Below are positions 29,600 through 38,248 of a DNA stretch of 64,000 nt, in pieces. The position numbers and the translations under genes are program-made. Under the pieces are notes generated by a model. That model did no database searches, had not been told where the DNA came from, and was given only the letters and a program-made list of their open reading frames with translations. Numbering within the stretch: the stretch's first letter is position 1; every line of letters begins with the position of its first letter. The stretch comes from a virus, in IMG/VR virus record IMGVR_UViG_2565956892_000004. One strand, written 5' to 3'.

Positions 29600-30097
29600 T
29601 TAATTGTGCAAGTCGTCGTATGTTGCTTTGCTTCCATCAGAAAATTCTATTACACAATTTTCTAGGTCCACTATCATGCTATCAGTGCGCTTTAGCTCAC
29701 TTCGATAATGTTGGATTTCTTCGTCATCTTCTTCATCTATGAGGTCAATTACATGTGCGCAGTAGTCTGTAATGTCGTTAATCTCTGCAACTGCTGCATA
29801 TAGCGCTTTGTGTTGTTCGTGATTAAGATGTGATAAATCCATTGTGCTGAAGTATTCGTAGAAGTCCTTAATTGTCAAACCGTCGACATACGTATAGTTT
29901 TTAGCTGATAGGTTTTTATTATCCGCATCTTCTTTAGAGTGAGAGCTATAGCGAAAAACACCCTCGTCATTCTTGTGACTTGGACCGCACAGAGGAGATA
30001 CGTTGTGTAGATATAAAGATATTATGCACGGTCGATCGAATCCTATAATTACTGCGTCATATCCTGATCTCGCTATACGGTGTGCTGTAACTTTCAT
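29600..30097 (-). CDS. Hypothetical early protein (165 aa, acidic)
   Basis: ORF preceded by the conserved leader CTCTATCGAAACA...ATAGAGTTAAAAAATG. Confidence 0.5.
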   Translation of the reverse strand: MKVTAHRIARSGYDAVIIGFDRPCIISLYLHNVSPLCGPSHKNDEGVFRYSSHSKEDADNKNLSAKNYTYVDGLTIKDFYEYFSTMDLSHLNHEQHKALYAAVAEINDITDYCAHVIDLIDEEDDEEIQHYRSELKRTDSMIVDLENCVIEFSDGSKATYDDLHN

Positions 30098-30294
30098 TTT
30101 TTAACTCTATGTTGCTTGTTTCGATAGAGCTATTTTCTCAATGCGTTTGTGGATATATAACACATGGCTTAGGCGTTGTGTGCATGTTGCCTATGGGGGG
30201 TGGCCGCGCCGTGGATGTGCCGAGGATTGGCCTCATGAAAAATGCCTAGGCCTGTGCCTAAGTGAAAATTGGATTGGCCTAGGAAACAATATGA

Positions 30295-30323
30295 TCAAAA
30301 GAAAACCGCTCATACAGAGCGGT
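30295..30323 (-). terminator. Intrinsic terminator (AACCGCTC-loop-GAGCGGTT + U-tract)
   Basis: 8-bp stem followed by UUUUCUUUUG on the minus transcript, 3' of the 141-aa gene. Confidence 0.65.
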
Positions 30324-30331
30324 TCAGAGTG

Positions 30332-30757
30332 TTAGCGTTTAAAGTTTAAGTGTGTCAATTCTTGCATTTGCTCACACATAAATTGTTGAGCTTCGATATA
30401 AGTCGTAAATATTACTTGTCGAGTTATCTTTGAGACTTCATACACAAAGTCATCGGTCTGTGAAAGGTTATACGCTTCAAGTTTTTCATGCTTATCTGCG
30501 TCCACTTTGCAAACGTTTACTAAATAATGAATCTCTTCTTCATTTTCATGCACAGACAAATGAAGCGCATAAGCATCAATTCCAGAGTTCAACAAGATGA
30601 TTTGACCGTAATGTACGTTTAACACATCTAAATCAGCTATATGCGAAAAGGTCCAGTCGCTTTTCTTTACTTCATCGTTGCTGTCATAAGTTTTCATAGC
30701 TCTATCTCTATGTTGTTTCGATAGAGCTATTTTCACAAGCTGATTTTGGACAAACAA
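30332..30757 (-). CDS. Hypothetical early protein (141 aa)
   Basis: ORF with the conserved leader cassette upstream and a terminator downstream. Confidence 0.5.
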   Translation of the reverse strand: MFVQNQLVKIALSKQHRDRAMKTYDSNDEVKKSDWTFSHIADLDVLNVHYGQIILLNSGIDAYALHLSVHENEEEIHYLVNVCKVDADKHEKLEAYNLSQTDDFVYEVSKITRQVIFTTYIEAQQFMCEQMQELTHLNFKR

Positions 30758-30790
30758 TTTAAGGACTTGGAGACGTTAAGTCTTTTTTGC

Positions 30791-31084
30791 TCATATCTTC
30801 AACTCCGCTGTGTCGGTTTGTTTTGGATAACAATTGCAGCCTATCGACAATTCCTCACTGACACCGCCCCACTCTGCCACTATATCTAGGTCGCTGTGAT
30901 TGTAGGCTTGATTGTGACCGCAAGGTTTCCATGTATTTAAACCGCGTGGGCGTAGCTTACCTCTAAACATCTTCCAAACAGAGCCTTTTATAGCGAATGT
31001 GCCATCACCGTTTACTTCGTGAACTGTAACTCGGCTACCGTTGCGTGTGCGGTAGTCGCCTGCTTTAGTTATTAGTTGAGTCAT
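30791..31084 (-). CDS. Hypothetical early protein (about 97 aa, Cys/His-containing)
   Basis: Start moved to the internal ATG at 31082-31084; the ORF-track extension contains the TCGAAAC leader motif. Confidence 0.4.
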   Translation of the reverse strand: MTQLITKAGDYRTRNGSRVTVHEVNGDGTFAIKGSVWKMFRGKLRPRGLNTWKPCGHNQAYNHSDLDIVAEWGGVSEELSIGCNCYPKQTDTAELKI

Positions 31085-32742
31085 GATTAAACCCGTTGTT
31101 CGTTTCGATATGTATTGTGATATTTCATAGCTGGATATGCACCGCATGGCATAGGCAATATTCATCAATCGCCTATTCCGATTAACCGCATGTTTGTGCC
31201 GAGGACATGCCAGTTTTTGCGTGGAACATTCCGAGGATTCGCCGTGATATTTTGAATTGGCAGCTGTGAGGAATAGCCTCGGCGCGAAAATTTTTGTTCC
31301 ACTTGCCTGTGTGTATGTGTGATTTTTTAGGAAATATTTAGTTCAGGAAATTTGTTGGGATTTTTCATTTTCTCTATAAAGATTTTAAGTCATGACCATT
31401 CCGATGTGAAAACGCTAGAAGAAGTGAAAATGCCCCCCCTTCCCCCCCATAGCCTAAAAAGACATTTACATGAGAAGGAAGGGAGAAGGCATCTACTTCA
31501 TCCGCGCCACATCGGAATGCGAACATTCCGTAGTTGGTAAACGCCGACCCTAAGCAAAACGCACCCCTATCGAAAAGCAAGATGGGTCCACTGCCAGCAG
31601 TGAAAACTATCTTGGGTGCAATTGTAGTCAGTGCTTACTGATTTTTCAAGTGTAAGAAGTTTGGCTGAAACAATTTTTTAACAACAGAATCCACCGCTCC
31701 CTTCGGTCGCTCCATGCACATTGCACAACTCCTCTCTCTATGTGTTATTACTCTATAACCGCCTATACACATACTTCCTATTGTTCTTACTCTCCGTGTA
31801 TGATGAATTGTCCTTCTAGCTATACTTAGTGAAATCCTTATTGTGTATAGTGTTCAGTATGTACTTATCATTATCCGTGTAGTTGTTAGAGTTTTTGTCT
31901 GTATTGATTGATTGTTTTTAAGATCGTTTGCAATTGTTCTATTGTTTATCAGTTTGATTATTTAGATAGCATTATGAAAATATGCTGTTTGAGTTAAATT
32001 TGCTGTTCTATGGCTTAGTTGTAGATTAGTTGGATTGTTTGTCAGTAAGTTATCTATTCTTTAGTACGTTTTGGAATTTAGTTGTCTGGTGTTTGAATAG
32101 TAAGTCCGTATTATCATATTACCGTGTGTATGTATGGTCGTATGGTAATACGGTAATATGATATTTCAGCCTAGAGATAAATTGCCTCATTCTGTGCCTG
32201 ATAATTTGTTATAGCGTTCAGGTAAAAAATACAGCCTTAAAGTAAATTTGCTATTTGCGCATAGAATCGTTTTAGAGAGCGTTTTGCTTGTGTTTAGTAT
32301 GATTCATCATCTTAGTGATAAAAGCGTCTCTAACGCGCGTTTATAAGCGATTATAAGCGGTTTAAGTGAGAGTGTTTGCTTATCTGGTTTTAGCATGGTT
32401 CGGCGGGTAAGTAATGAATTAGTTACAAGTCAGTTTATTTGTATAAAAATACTTATAAATCAATGATGTATAATAATATCTCTATAACTGTCTGTTTTTG
32501 CTTATTTTAGATAAAAAAGAGCCAGCTCTAAAGAGGGGCGTAGAGCTGGCAAAAAGGTGACTTGTGAGACTTTTTTCTCTATCAATACACTCGAATATTC
32601 TATCTAAAGAGCTTCGTTGTCTTGATGTGAGTATTGTATAAATACCGAGTAGGATTGAGAAGGGGAGGCGTTTATATCGCCTGTCGTGTTTCCTATTAAA
32701 CTCATTATAATGATTGCATGTAACGTGAATTGAGTACGGCGT

Positions 32743-32811
32743 ATGTTGACCGCATTAATTGTTCTTGGAGCGATAGGGCTCATTTATTTGATGCTCAAAG
32801 CCATGAAGTGA
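32743..32811 (+). CDS. Possible 22-aa hydrophobic peptide (MLTALIVLGAIGLIYLMLKAMK)
   Basis: Small plus-strand ORF inside the ORF-free region, followed by a strong hairpin plus T-tract. Weak RBS. Confidence 0.2.
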   Translation: MLTALIVLGAIGLIYLMLKAMK

Positions 32812-32821
32812 TTAGACAAAA

Positions 32822-32848
32822 AGCCCTGAGCATTCAGGGCTATTATTT
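32822..32848 (+). terminator. Intrinsic terminator (AGCCCTGA-GCAT-TCAGGGCT + ATTATTT)
   Basis: 8-bp GC-rich stem and T-rich tail on the plus strand. Confidence 0.55.
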
Positions 32849-32930
32849 AGTTATTTTCTAATTGCGCAAATATCTGCTCAAAAATGATCGATTTCATAAA
32901 AAAAGTGCAAATATTTGCTCAATATTGGTC

Positions 32931-33473
32931 TTAATAGTTTCGGTAAACCTTTCCTTCAGCTACAAGATAATCACTAATTAAAGCGTCGCGCCCGTAACGT
33001 TCATAGTCGAAATAACCTTGAATGTCCTCTGGTATTTCCAAAGCAGAACATTCATCAATTAAATAGCGTCCAAAATCATCGTCATTTTCGTAGTCACACA
33101 CGTAACGATCTTCGTGCCACTCTTTAACGTTTGACCAATCAGCATAGTTGCCTTCAACTAATGCAGCGTATGTGCCAACTTCTTTAACTTCATCAAGATC
33201 AAGGCTTACTAAAAACTCAATTAAAGTTTCAAGCATTTTGAATGATGAGACTTTTATCTCTTCGTTGGCCCAAGTGTCTTCTAGCTGCCAAAACTCTATC
33301 TCTACATCGCCTAACTCATCTATGAAGTCGTCGTATTCATCAAAGTAAAGGTTAAAACCGTGTTGATGCGTAAAGCTGAAGCCTTCTAAGCGAAAACGTT
33401 TCTTGTTATCAGGGTTAGAAAACTTCGCTAAAAACTGCTCTATAGTCACTTGATCGTTAGTTTCGTAAGTCAT
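32931..33473 (-). CDS. Hypothetical early protein (180 aa, acidic)
   Basis: ORF with the conserved TTGAGA...TCGAAACA leader upstream. Confidence 0.5.
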   Translation of the reverse strand: MTYETNDQVTIEQFLAKFSNPDNKKRFRLEGFSFTHQHGFNLYFDEYDDFIDELGDVEIEFWQLEDTWANEEIKVSSFKMLETLIEFLVSLDLDEVKEVGTYAALVEGNYADWSNVKEWHEDRYVCDYENDDDFGRYLIDECSALEIPEDIQGYFDYERYGRDALISDYLVAEGKVYRNY

Positions 33474-33561
33474 TTTAAAAATCTCTTTGCTTGTTTCGAT
33501 GAAGTAATTCTCTCAATCGGTTTTTGGACAAACAATTTGTGGCTTAGGCGTTGTTATCTAT

Positions 33562-33590
33562 AAAGAAAAACCGCTCACGATGGAGCGGTT
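33562..33590 (-). terminator. Intrinsic terminator (AACCGCTC-loop-GAGCGGTT + U-tract), near-duplicate of the one at 30295-30323
   Basis: Same stem sequence as the 30.3 kb terminator. 3' of the 125-aa gene. Confidence 0.65.
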
Positions 33591-33608
33591 AAATTAGTGG
33601 ACTTTAAT

Positions 33609-33986
33609 TTAAAGACCATGATCTGTGGTCGTAAAATCACTGTAATAAAGAGCGTTAGTGGCGGTGTCTAAATGTATTTTGGAAGTCATTTCAAAATATT
33701 CTTCACTCTCTTCGCAAACTAATTGATTATATTCGGAGTAACCGTCGGCAATAAGAGCAACCGCCTTTATTACAGCATCTATGAACTCTTGCTTGTATTC
33801 ATCTAGGCGCATAGTGGTTTGTAGCTTTAAACCCGTTTCTGCACTTGTGTAGGTGTTCATGTGCTTATCTGGTTCGCCAATGTATATCTCAGCGAGATAA
33901 GGTTGATCTGCGGATATTATTGCGGTCTGAGCCTTATTAGAGAAAAGCTCGTTTACTGCGCGGTATATGGTGACGATTGGTTGCAT
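33609..33986 (-). CDS. Hypothetical early protein (125 aa)
   Basis: Start moved to the internal ATG (MQPIVTIY); the ORF-track extension covers the conserved leader. Confidence 0.45.
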   Translation of the reverse strand: MQPIVTIYRAVNELFSNKAQTAIISADQPYLAEIYIGEPDKHMNTYTSAETGLKLQTTMRLDEYKQEFIDAVIKAVALIADGYSEYNQLVCEESEEYFEMTSKIHLDTATNALYYSDFTTTDHGL

Positions 33987-34180
33987 TATGTTTAACTCTA
34001 TTTGTTTCGATAGAGTAATTTTCACAATTGAAAATAGGGGAGACAAAGGCAACATACGTTGCCTTGTGTGTTAGCCATACTGCATGCATTGCATGCAAAC
34101 GCTGATATTTACATTGGTGCTGATTGAGTTTGCTGTGCATCCAAGTAATGCAACGCACGCCAAGATTATTACTAATGGCT

Positions 34181-34399
34181 TCATGCCTTCTTGCCTCTTC
34201 CCACAAACCAATCAACCGCCTTACAGAGCATTTCGTCTTTGTGCCAATCTTCAATCACACGAGTTTCATCTCGGTCATGTGAGAAGAGCGGGCCACAGTA
34301 GTTGTTCCATGTCATGTATACATATCGCCCATCAAGTAAGCGCAATCTAAAAGTTGGAACCAGGCACACGAAACCGCCGGGCATTCTTCTGCAAGTCAT
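34181..34399 (-). CDS. Hypothetical small protein (72 aa)
   Basis: ATGA overlap with the upstream GcrA-like gene suggests coupling. Otherwise unsupported. Confidence 0.3.
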   Translation of the reverse strand: MTCRRMPGGFVCLVPTFRLRLLDGRYVYMTWNNYCGPLFSHDRDETRVIEDWHKDEMLCKAVDWFVGRGKKA

Positions 34400-34737
34400 G
34401 CTGCTTTCTGCTCCGCTTTTTGAATCAATGTGCGGAGGCGCCAGATATACGTTTGCGAATAGCCATTGTCCGTCTTGATCGGTATTGTTTTGAATCCGCG
34501 TGCCTCAGCTTGCGCAACTAGCTTTTTAGCTCTCTCTAAGCTGCCAATATGCTCTAACGCTGTCTTTGGCTGTGGTAACTTGCCACTCTTGCGTAGCCTT
34601 GCAATGTTTGAGTTGATCGTTCCTACAGTTCTGTTCAGCTCCTTTGCTATTTCAGCAATTGGAGTGTTATTAGAATGTAAGGTGATTAGCTTATTAATTT
34701 CACCTGTTGTCCAATAGCGAACCTTTGCAATGCTCAT
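34396..34737 (-). CDS. GcrA-like / HTH DNA-binding protein (113 aa)
   Basis: N-terminal W..EI.KLI.L...N.PIAEIAKELNRTVGTINSNIARL resembles the GcrA N-terminal DNA-binding domain and sigma region-4-like HTH. Confidence 0.45.
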   Translation of the reverse strand: MSIAKVRYWTTGEINKLITLHSNNTPIAEIAKELNRTVGTINSNIARLRKSGKLPQPKTALEHIGSLERAKKLVAQAEARGFKTIPIKTDNGYSQTYIWRLRTLIQKAEQKAA

Positions 34738-34767
34738 GGCTTGCCCTCCAATGCATCAAAGCGAACT

Positions 34768-35403
34768 CTAATCTTCATTAATGACCTCCTGAGATTTGCC
34801 AGCCGTTTTAACCACAATGGAATACACAGGCTCAAAATACTCTCGCGTTCCCTCTTCATCTCCCCATTTGTACCCACCGTAATGCAAAGCTTCCACTGTT
34901 GATTGCGGCATTTTCTTAGGAATTGCGACATACCCATCTGGAATTTGTTTTGCATTATTAATCTGTGCATACAAATCTTGTCTTTCATCAAGCAATTCAG
35001 TGATTCGATCTTGAAGTTGTCCAACTTTAAAATCTTTTGATCTGTTTAATCTTTTTTCTTCAGCCAGTTCATCTAACAAGGAATCAATTTGTCGATAAAG
35101 GTTTTTCCAGTATTTATTAGGGTTTTCGTCATGATCTTTAAGAACCTCCCTAATTAATTGTTCTATATCTTCATCTGACATAAACTCCTTGTCACCGTTC
35201 GCTTTTTGCTCTGTAAGCTGTCTGTTAATCTCAGCGTCCAGCAAATCACGGGTTGATGGGTGGCCAACCTTCTCACCTACCAGATACCGCAAGCGTTCAT
35301 TTTCAGCCTGCAACTCAATCAACTCGCACGGCGTACCATGTCGACCGTCATGAAAGCCTGCTTTGTACGCTGCCTCTTTTATTTCTATTTGTTCATTCAT
35401 CAC
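34768..35403 (-). CDS. Hypothetical coiled-coil protein (211 aa)
   Basis: Long ORF in a tightly packed operon. Confidence 0.45.
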   Translation of the reverse strand: MMNEQIEIKEAAYKAGFHDGRHGTPCELIELQAENERLRYLVGEKVGHPSTRDLLDAEINRQLTEQKANGDKEFMSDEDIEQLIREVLKDHDENPNKYWKNLYRQIDSLLDELAEEKRLNRSKDFKVGQLQDRITELLDERQDLYAQINNAKQIPDGYVAIPKKMPQSTVEALHYGGYKWGDEEGTREYFEPVYSIVVKTAGKSQEVINED

Positions 35404-35777
35404 ATTAAGCCTTCTACAAAATCTCTAACTTCTTCAAAAACGTCAGTTCTAATGGAGTGTTCTATGCTTACGTTTTCTTCATACAGCCTTTGCTCTTCAT
35501 TGAAGCCGTCTCTGCAAAACTTGAGAACCTTCTCTAGTGCCGACATCGCTGAACTAGGAATGGGTTGAGCGTCTATACTTTCCACGTCAACAACAATGAT
35601 GTTTTGCACGTCGTAATCTCTTAGTACTTCATCCAGAAGCGATACAGTCAAATCACTTGAACCTGCAAGTATGCTAGAAAAAATCTCTATACGATCTTCA
35701 TTGGATAGCGTGTTAAGCTTCTCTTCATCGCGAAAGAACGCCATGAAGTCATCACGATTAAATGTGTCAGTCTGCAT
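35400..35777 (-). CDS. Hypothetical protein (about 125 aa)
   Basis: Start moved to the ATG preceded by CAAGAGTTAAACAAATG, which resembles the early-gene leader. Confidence 0.4.
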   Translation of the reverse strand: MQTDTFNRDDFMAFFRDEEKLNTLSNEDRIEIFSSILAGSSDLTVSLLDEVLRDYDVQNIIVVDVESIDAQPIPSSAMSALEKVLKFCRDGFNEEQRLYEENVSIEHSIRTDVFEEVRDFVEGLM

Positions 35778-35876
35778 TTGTTTAACTCTTGAAAACTTTC
35801 TTAAATTAATGATATTGAAAGTTTTTTGGATATTGCGCATTGGGGGTTAAGTTGCCAATGCGCAAAGCTTTATGCC

Positions 35877-36503
35877 TTAACCTGTGTACGGCTCAAGTTG
35901 CACATCGAAAACTTTCATTTCGAAATCCAACTCATCTGGAGTAAAGAAGTGTTCACTGTAAAGCCGGGCAGCTTCCGCCTGTGTTTCAGCCTTAATTTGA
36001 ACTATCGCTGACGCTTTAAATTGCCACGTTGGTATTTTTGGCTCTTCAAGCGTAACGGGTCTGTTTGCAAACAATTTCATGTCATGCGATGCGTTCGAGT
36101 CATCCAAAAACTTAACTACAGTTCGGTCTTCGCTGAGTTCGACAGTTTGGAATTGATCTACTATTGCCCAGTTATGCCCATCGCCATCAATGAGTTGAAT
36201 AAGCCTAATTTCAGTTTCAGGACTAGGGCCTAGCAAATTTTTACTCCACTTGATCGTCTCTGAGCCAACGGTGCCATAATCTGCCTGTTTTAATGCCTGC
36301 CAAAGTTTCATTATTGGTCCAACCTTTGTAATGCTCACTTCATCGTATATGCCTGAGTAAAAACCTTCCTCAAGAACAATCTTAATCGGTCCTTCCGCGT
36401 AGGTTTCATCTTCCAAATACTCACGCGCCTGTTGAAGCGTGTCGACGGTCTTTTCGCCACAACGTTGTGTGTCTTTTTCAATCCATTTAACTAAATATGG
36501 CAT
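35877..36503 (-). CDS. Hypothetical protein (208 aa)
   Basis: ORF. TGTTGCTTGTTTC leader variant upstream. Confidence 0.45.
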   Translation of the reverse strand: MPYLVKWIEKDTQRCGEKTVDTLQQAREYLEDETYAEGPIKIVLEEGFYSGIYDEVSITKVGPIMKLWQALKQADYGTVGSETIKWSKNLLGPSPETEIRLIQLIDGDGHNWAIVDQFQTVELSEDRTVVKFLDDSNASHDMKLFANRPVTLEEPKIPTWQFKASAIVQIKAETQAEAARLYSEHFFTPDELDFEMKVFDVQLEPYTG

Positions 36504-36579
36504 TTATCCTTCCACCTCTATCGCTTCAGGATCTATCGTCCCGTCTAAATTTGTGTTGCTTGTTTCTGTGCCTAAATCA

Positions 36580-37071
36580 TTAATCTGCTTCATTGCTCAT
36601 TACCTTTTCTGCAATGCTTTTCTTCAATACCTTGCGGGCTTGTCTCATTGCGTATTTAGCTCTACTGTCACAATGATGGTTCGCTAAATAGCGGTTATCG
36701 GTTAATTTCGTATGACCTTTAACGTGTCGACATCTGAGCTTTAGTTCATACATTTTGGCGGTGTCTAATATGTGATTTAGAACAACTGCAATGTCAGGAC
36801 GAACCTTGCACTTACCGCTAAGGCAGAAGAGAACACCCTCGTTGTCTACTTGAATTAAAACCTCATCACCTTTTGAGATAAGCCCGGCATTGATAGACGC
36901 CTGCAAAGAGTTAGCTACGCCTTTAAATTCCGCCTCGTAGCTGTCTTTAACAACGCCTTTAATAATGTTCCCACCCGCACGTTTGCCTCTGTCTGACGCG
37001 CACCAGTATCCAAACCCAGCGGCGCCAGTTTTGTGACAAAGCGAGGCATCAGTCATTAATGTCACTAGCAT
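36580..37071 (-). CDS. Ribonuclease H-like protein
   Basis: RNase HI-like order of motifs: MTDAS (beta1 Asp), SYEAEF (Glu), IQVDNEGV (Asp), HVKGHTKLTDNRYLANHHCDSRAK (His...Asp). Start approximate. Confidence 0.6.
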   Translation of the reverse strand: MLVTLMTDASLCHKTGAAGFGYWCASDRGKRAGGNIIKGVVKDSYEAEFKGVANSLQASINAGLISKGDEVLIQVDNEGVLFCLSGKCKVRPDIAVVLNHILDTAKMYELKLRCRHVKGHTKLTDNRYLANHHCDSRAKYAMRQARKVLKKSIAEKVMSNEAD

Positions 37072-37585
37072 AAGAGTGGTCCAACTCTTCAAAAACAAGG
37101 TCGTCTAACTGCTCTTCTTTGAATCCAAAGTTATTAACAAGGCATTGACGAGCGGTTGCTTCATTTTTGAATATGCAAATTTGCTTTGAATCATCCAAAA
37201 TGTATTCAAGACCGTTAATTGATACGCCTTCAATATGTCGACCAACACGAACAGGTGGCGCAACTTTAAATAATGGATCTGCGCCAATGAATACTTCATC
37301 AGGAATGTTGTTCCAGTTACGACGAAGAATGTCGAACTCACCTTCGTTCCAATAGTTCAAAAATTCCATTGCGTCATCGGTGCCATCCACATTGTCACTT
37401 AATATGTATTGGATAACAGCAAGAGCCGGGTCGTTAGTGCGCTCTTTTATTTCGACGATTAGATTTTCTTTGGCGGACTTAAACTCTTCCTCAATGATTG
37501 CGTGATCTTCGAGTGGTTGACTGCCAATGTTTTCATGTGCGCGAGTGGCTGATTCAAACGCATATACAAGGTCAATTAGGCTCAT
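37049..37585 (-). CDS. Hypothetical protein (178 aa)
   Basis: ORF with ATGA overlap to the upstream gene. Confidence 0.45.
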   Translation of the reverse strand: MSLIDLVYAFESATRAHENIGSQPLEDHAIIEEEFKSAKENLIVEIKERTNDPALAVIQYILSDNVDGTDDAMEFLNYWNEGEFDILRRNWNNIPDEVFIGADPLFKVAPPVRVGRHIEGVSINGLEYILDDSKQICIFKNEATARQCLVNNFGFKEEQLDDLVFEELDHSYASDIND

Positions 37586-38178
37586 ACCGCTTCCTCCTCG
37601 CGTTTTTCAGCTATGCATTCTTCTAAGTGTTGAATTGCACTTACTTTTGAATCAAAAGGCCCTTGCCAACAATCATTGAAATGAATGTCCCATTCGACCA
37701 CGCCATGTTCTACAAATCTTTGAAGCTGAACCCGACCGTAAAATGGCACATCATGCGCCCACCAAATTTCGTTATCGTCGGTGCCAAATTCGATCTTAGA
37801 GTTTTGCGCCACTGCTTCAGCTTTATAGACGCCTTCAGCGTGTTTAATTAGATTTATTACAGGAGTTCCTTTTGGAAACCACGTTTGCCCAATCATGCAA
37901 TCGTTTTCCAGCGTTAAAGCCTCCACGATTGGAACTGGGCCAGCTTTCAATCGCATTATTACGTCAATAACATTTTGCGAATCTTCGTCAAACTCAATCC
38001 ACCCTTTGTCGTAAACTCCAAAATGGTATTGTTCGTTTTTTAAATCATTTGCCACTTGCGAATTAACAACTTCAAATCCTGTTTTTGATTTGACAAACTC
38101 TAAAAAACTTACTGTCGTGTCGTTATGTAATTTTTTTAGAGATGAAAGCACGCTATATAGCTGATAAGAATGTGACAT
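37582..38178 (-). CDS. Hypothetical protein (198 aa)
   Basis: ORF. TGTTTCGATATGG leader motif upstream. Confidence 0.45.
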   Translation of the reverse strand: MSHSYQLYSVLSSLKKLHNDTTVSFLEFVKSKTGFEVVNSQVANDLKNEQYHFGVYDKGWIEFDEDSQNVIDVIMRLKAGPVPIVEALTLENDCMIGQTWFPKGTPVINLIKHAEGVYKAEAVAQNSKIEFGTDDNEIWWAHDVPFYGRVQLQRFVEHGVVEWDIHFNDCWQGPFDSKVSAIQHLEECIAEKREEEAV

Positions 38179-38248
38179 TTTTCGTTATCCAGTAGTTAAG
38201 TTAGGAGACGGGCTGTACATAAGCACAGCCTGTATGTTTCGATATGGA

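Noticed and set aside
31352-31580. 62-aa plus and 68-aa minus ORFs in the ORF-free region
   Set aside because: Both lie across the CATTCCGATGTG inverted repeat and the poly-C tract. No RBS. Composition is dominated by the repeat. More likely non-coding.
31600-32900. tRNA genes in the ORF-free region
   Set aside because: No GTTCGAATC/GTTCAAATC T-loop-like sequences, or cloverleaf-compatible acceptor/anticodon arrangements, were found by eye. This cannot be excluded without tRNAscan-SE.
33937-34350. 105-aa minus ORF and 88-aa plus ORF between the 125-aa gene and the GcrA-like operon
   Set aside because: They overlap the conserved leader cassette and the TGCATGCA palindromes. There is no RBS, and the translations are dominated by His/Cys/Arg, typical of out-of-frame reading.
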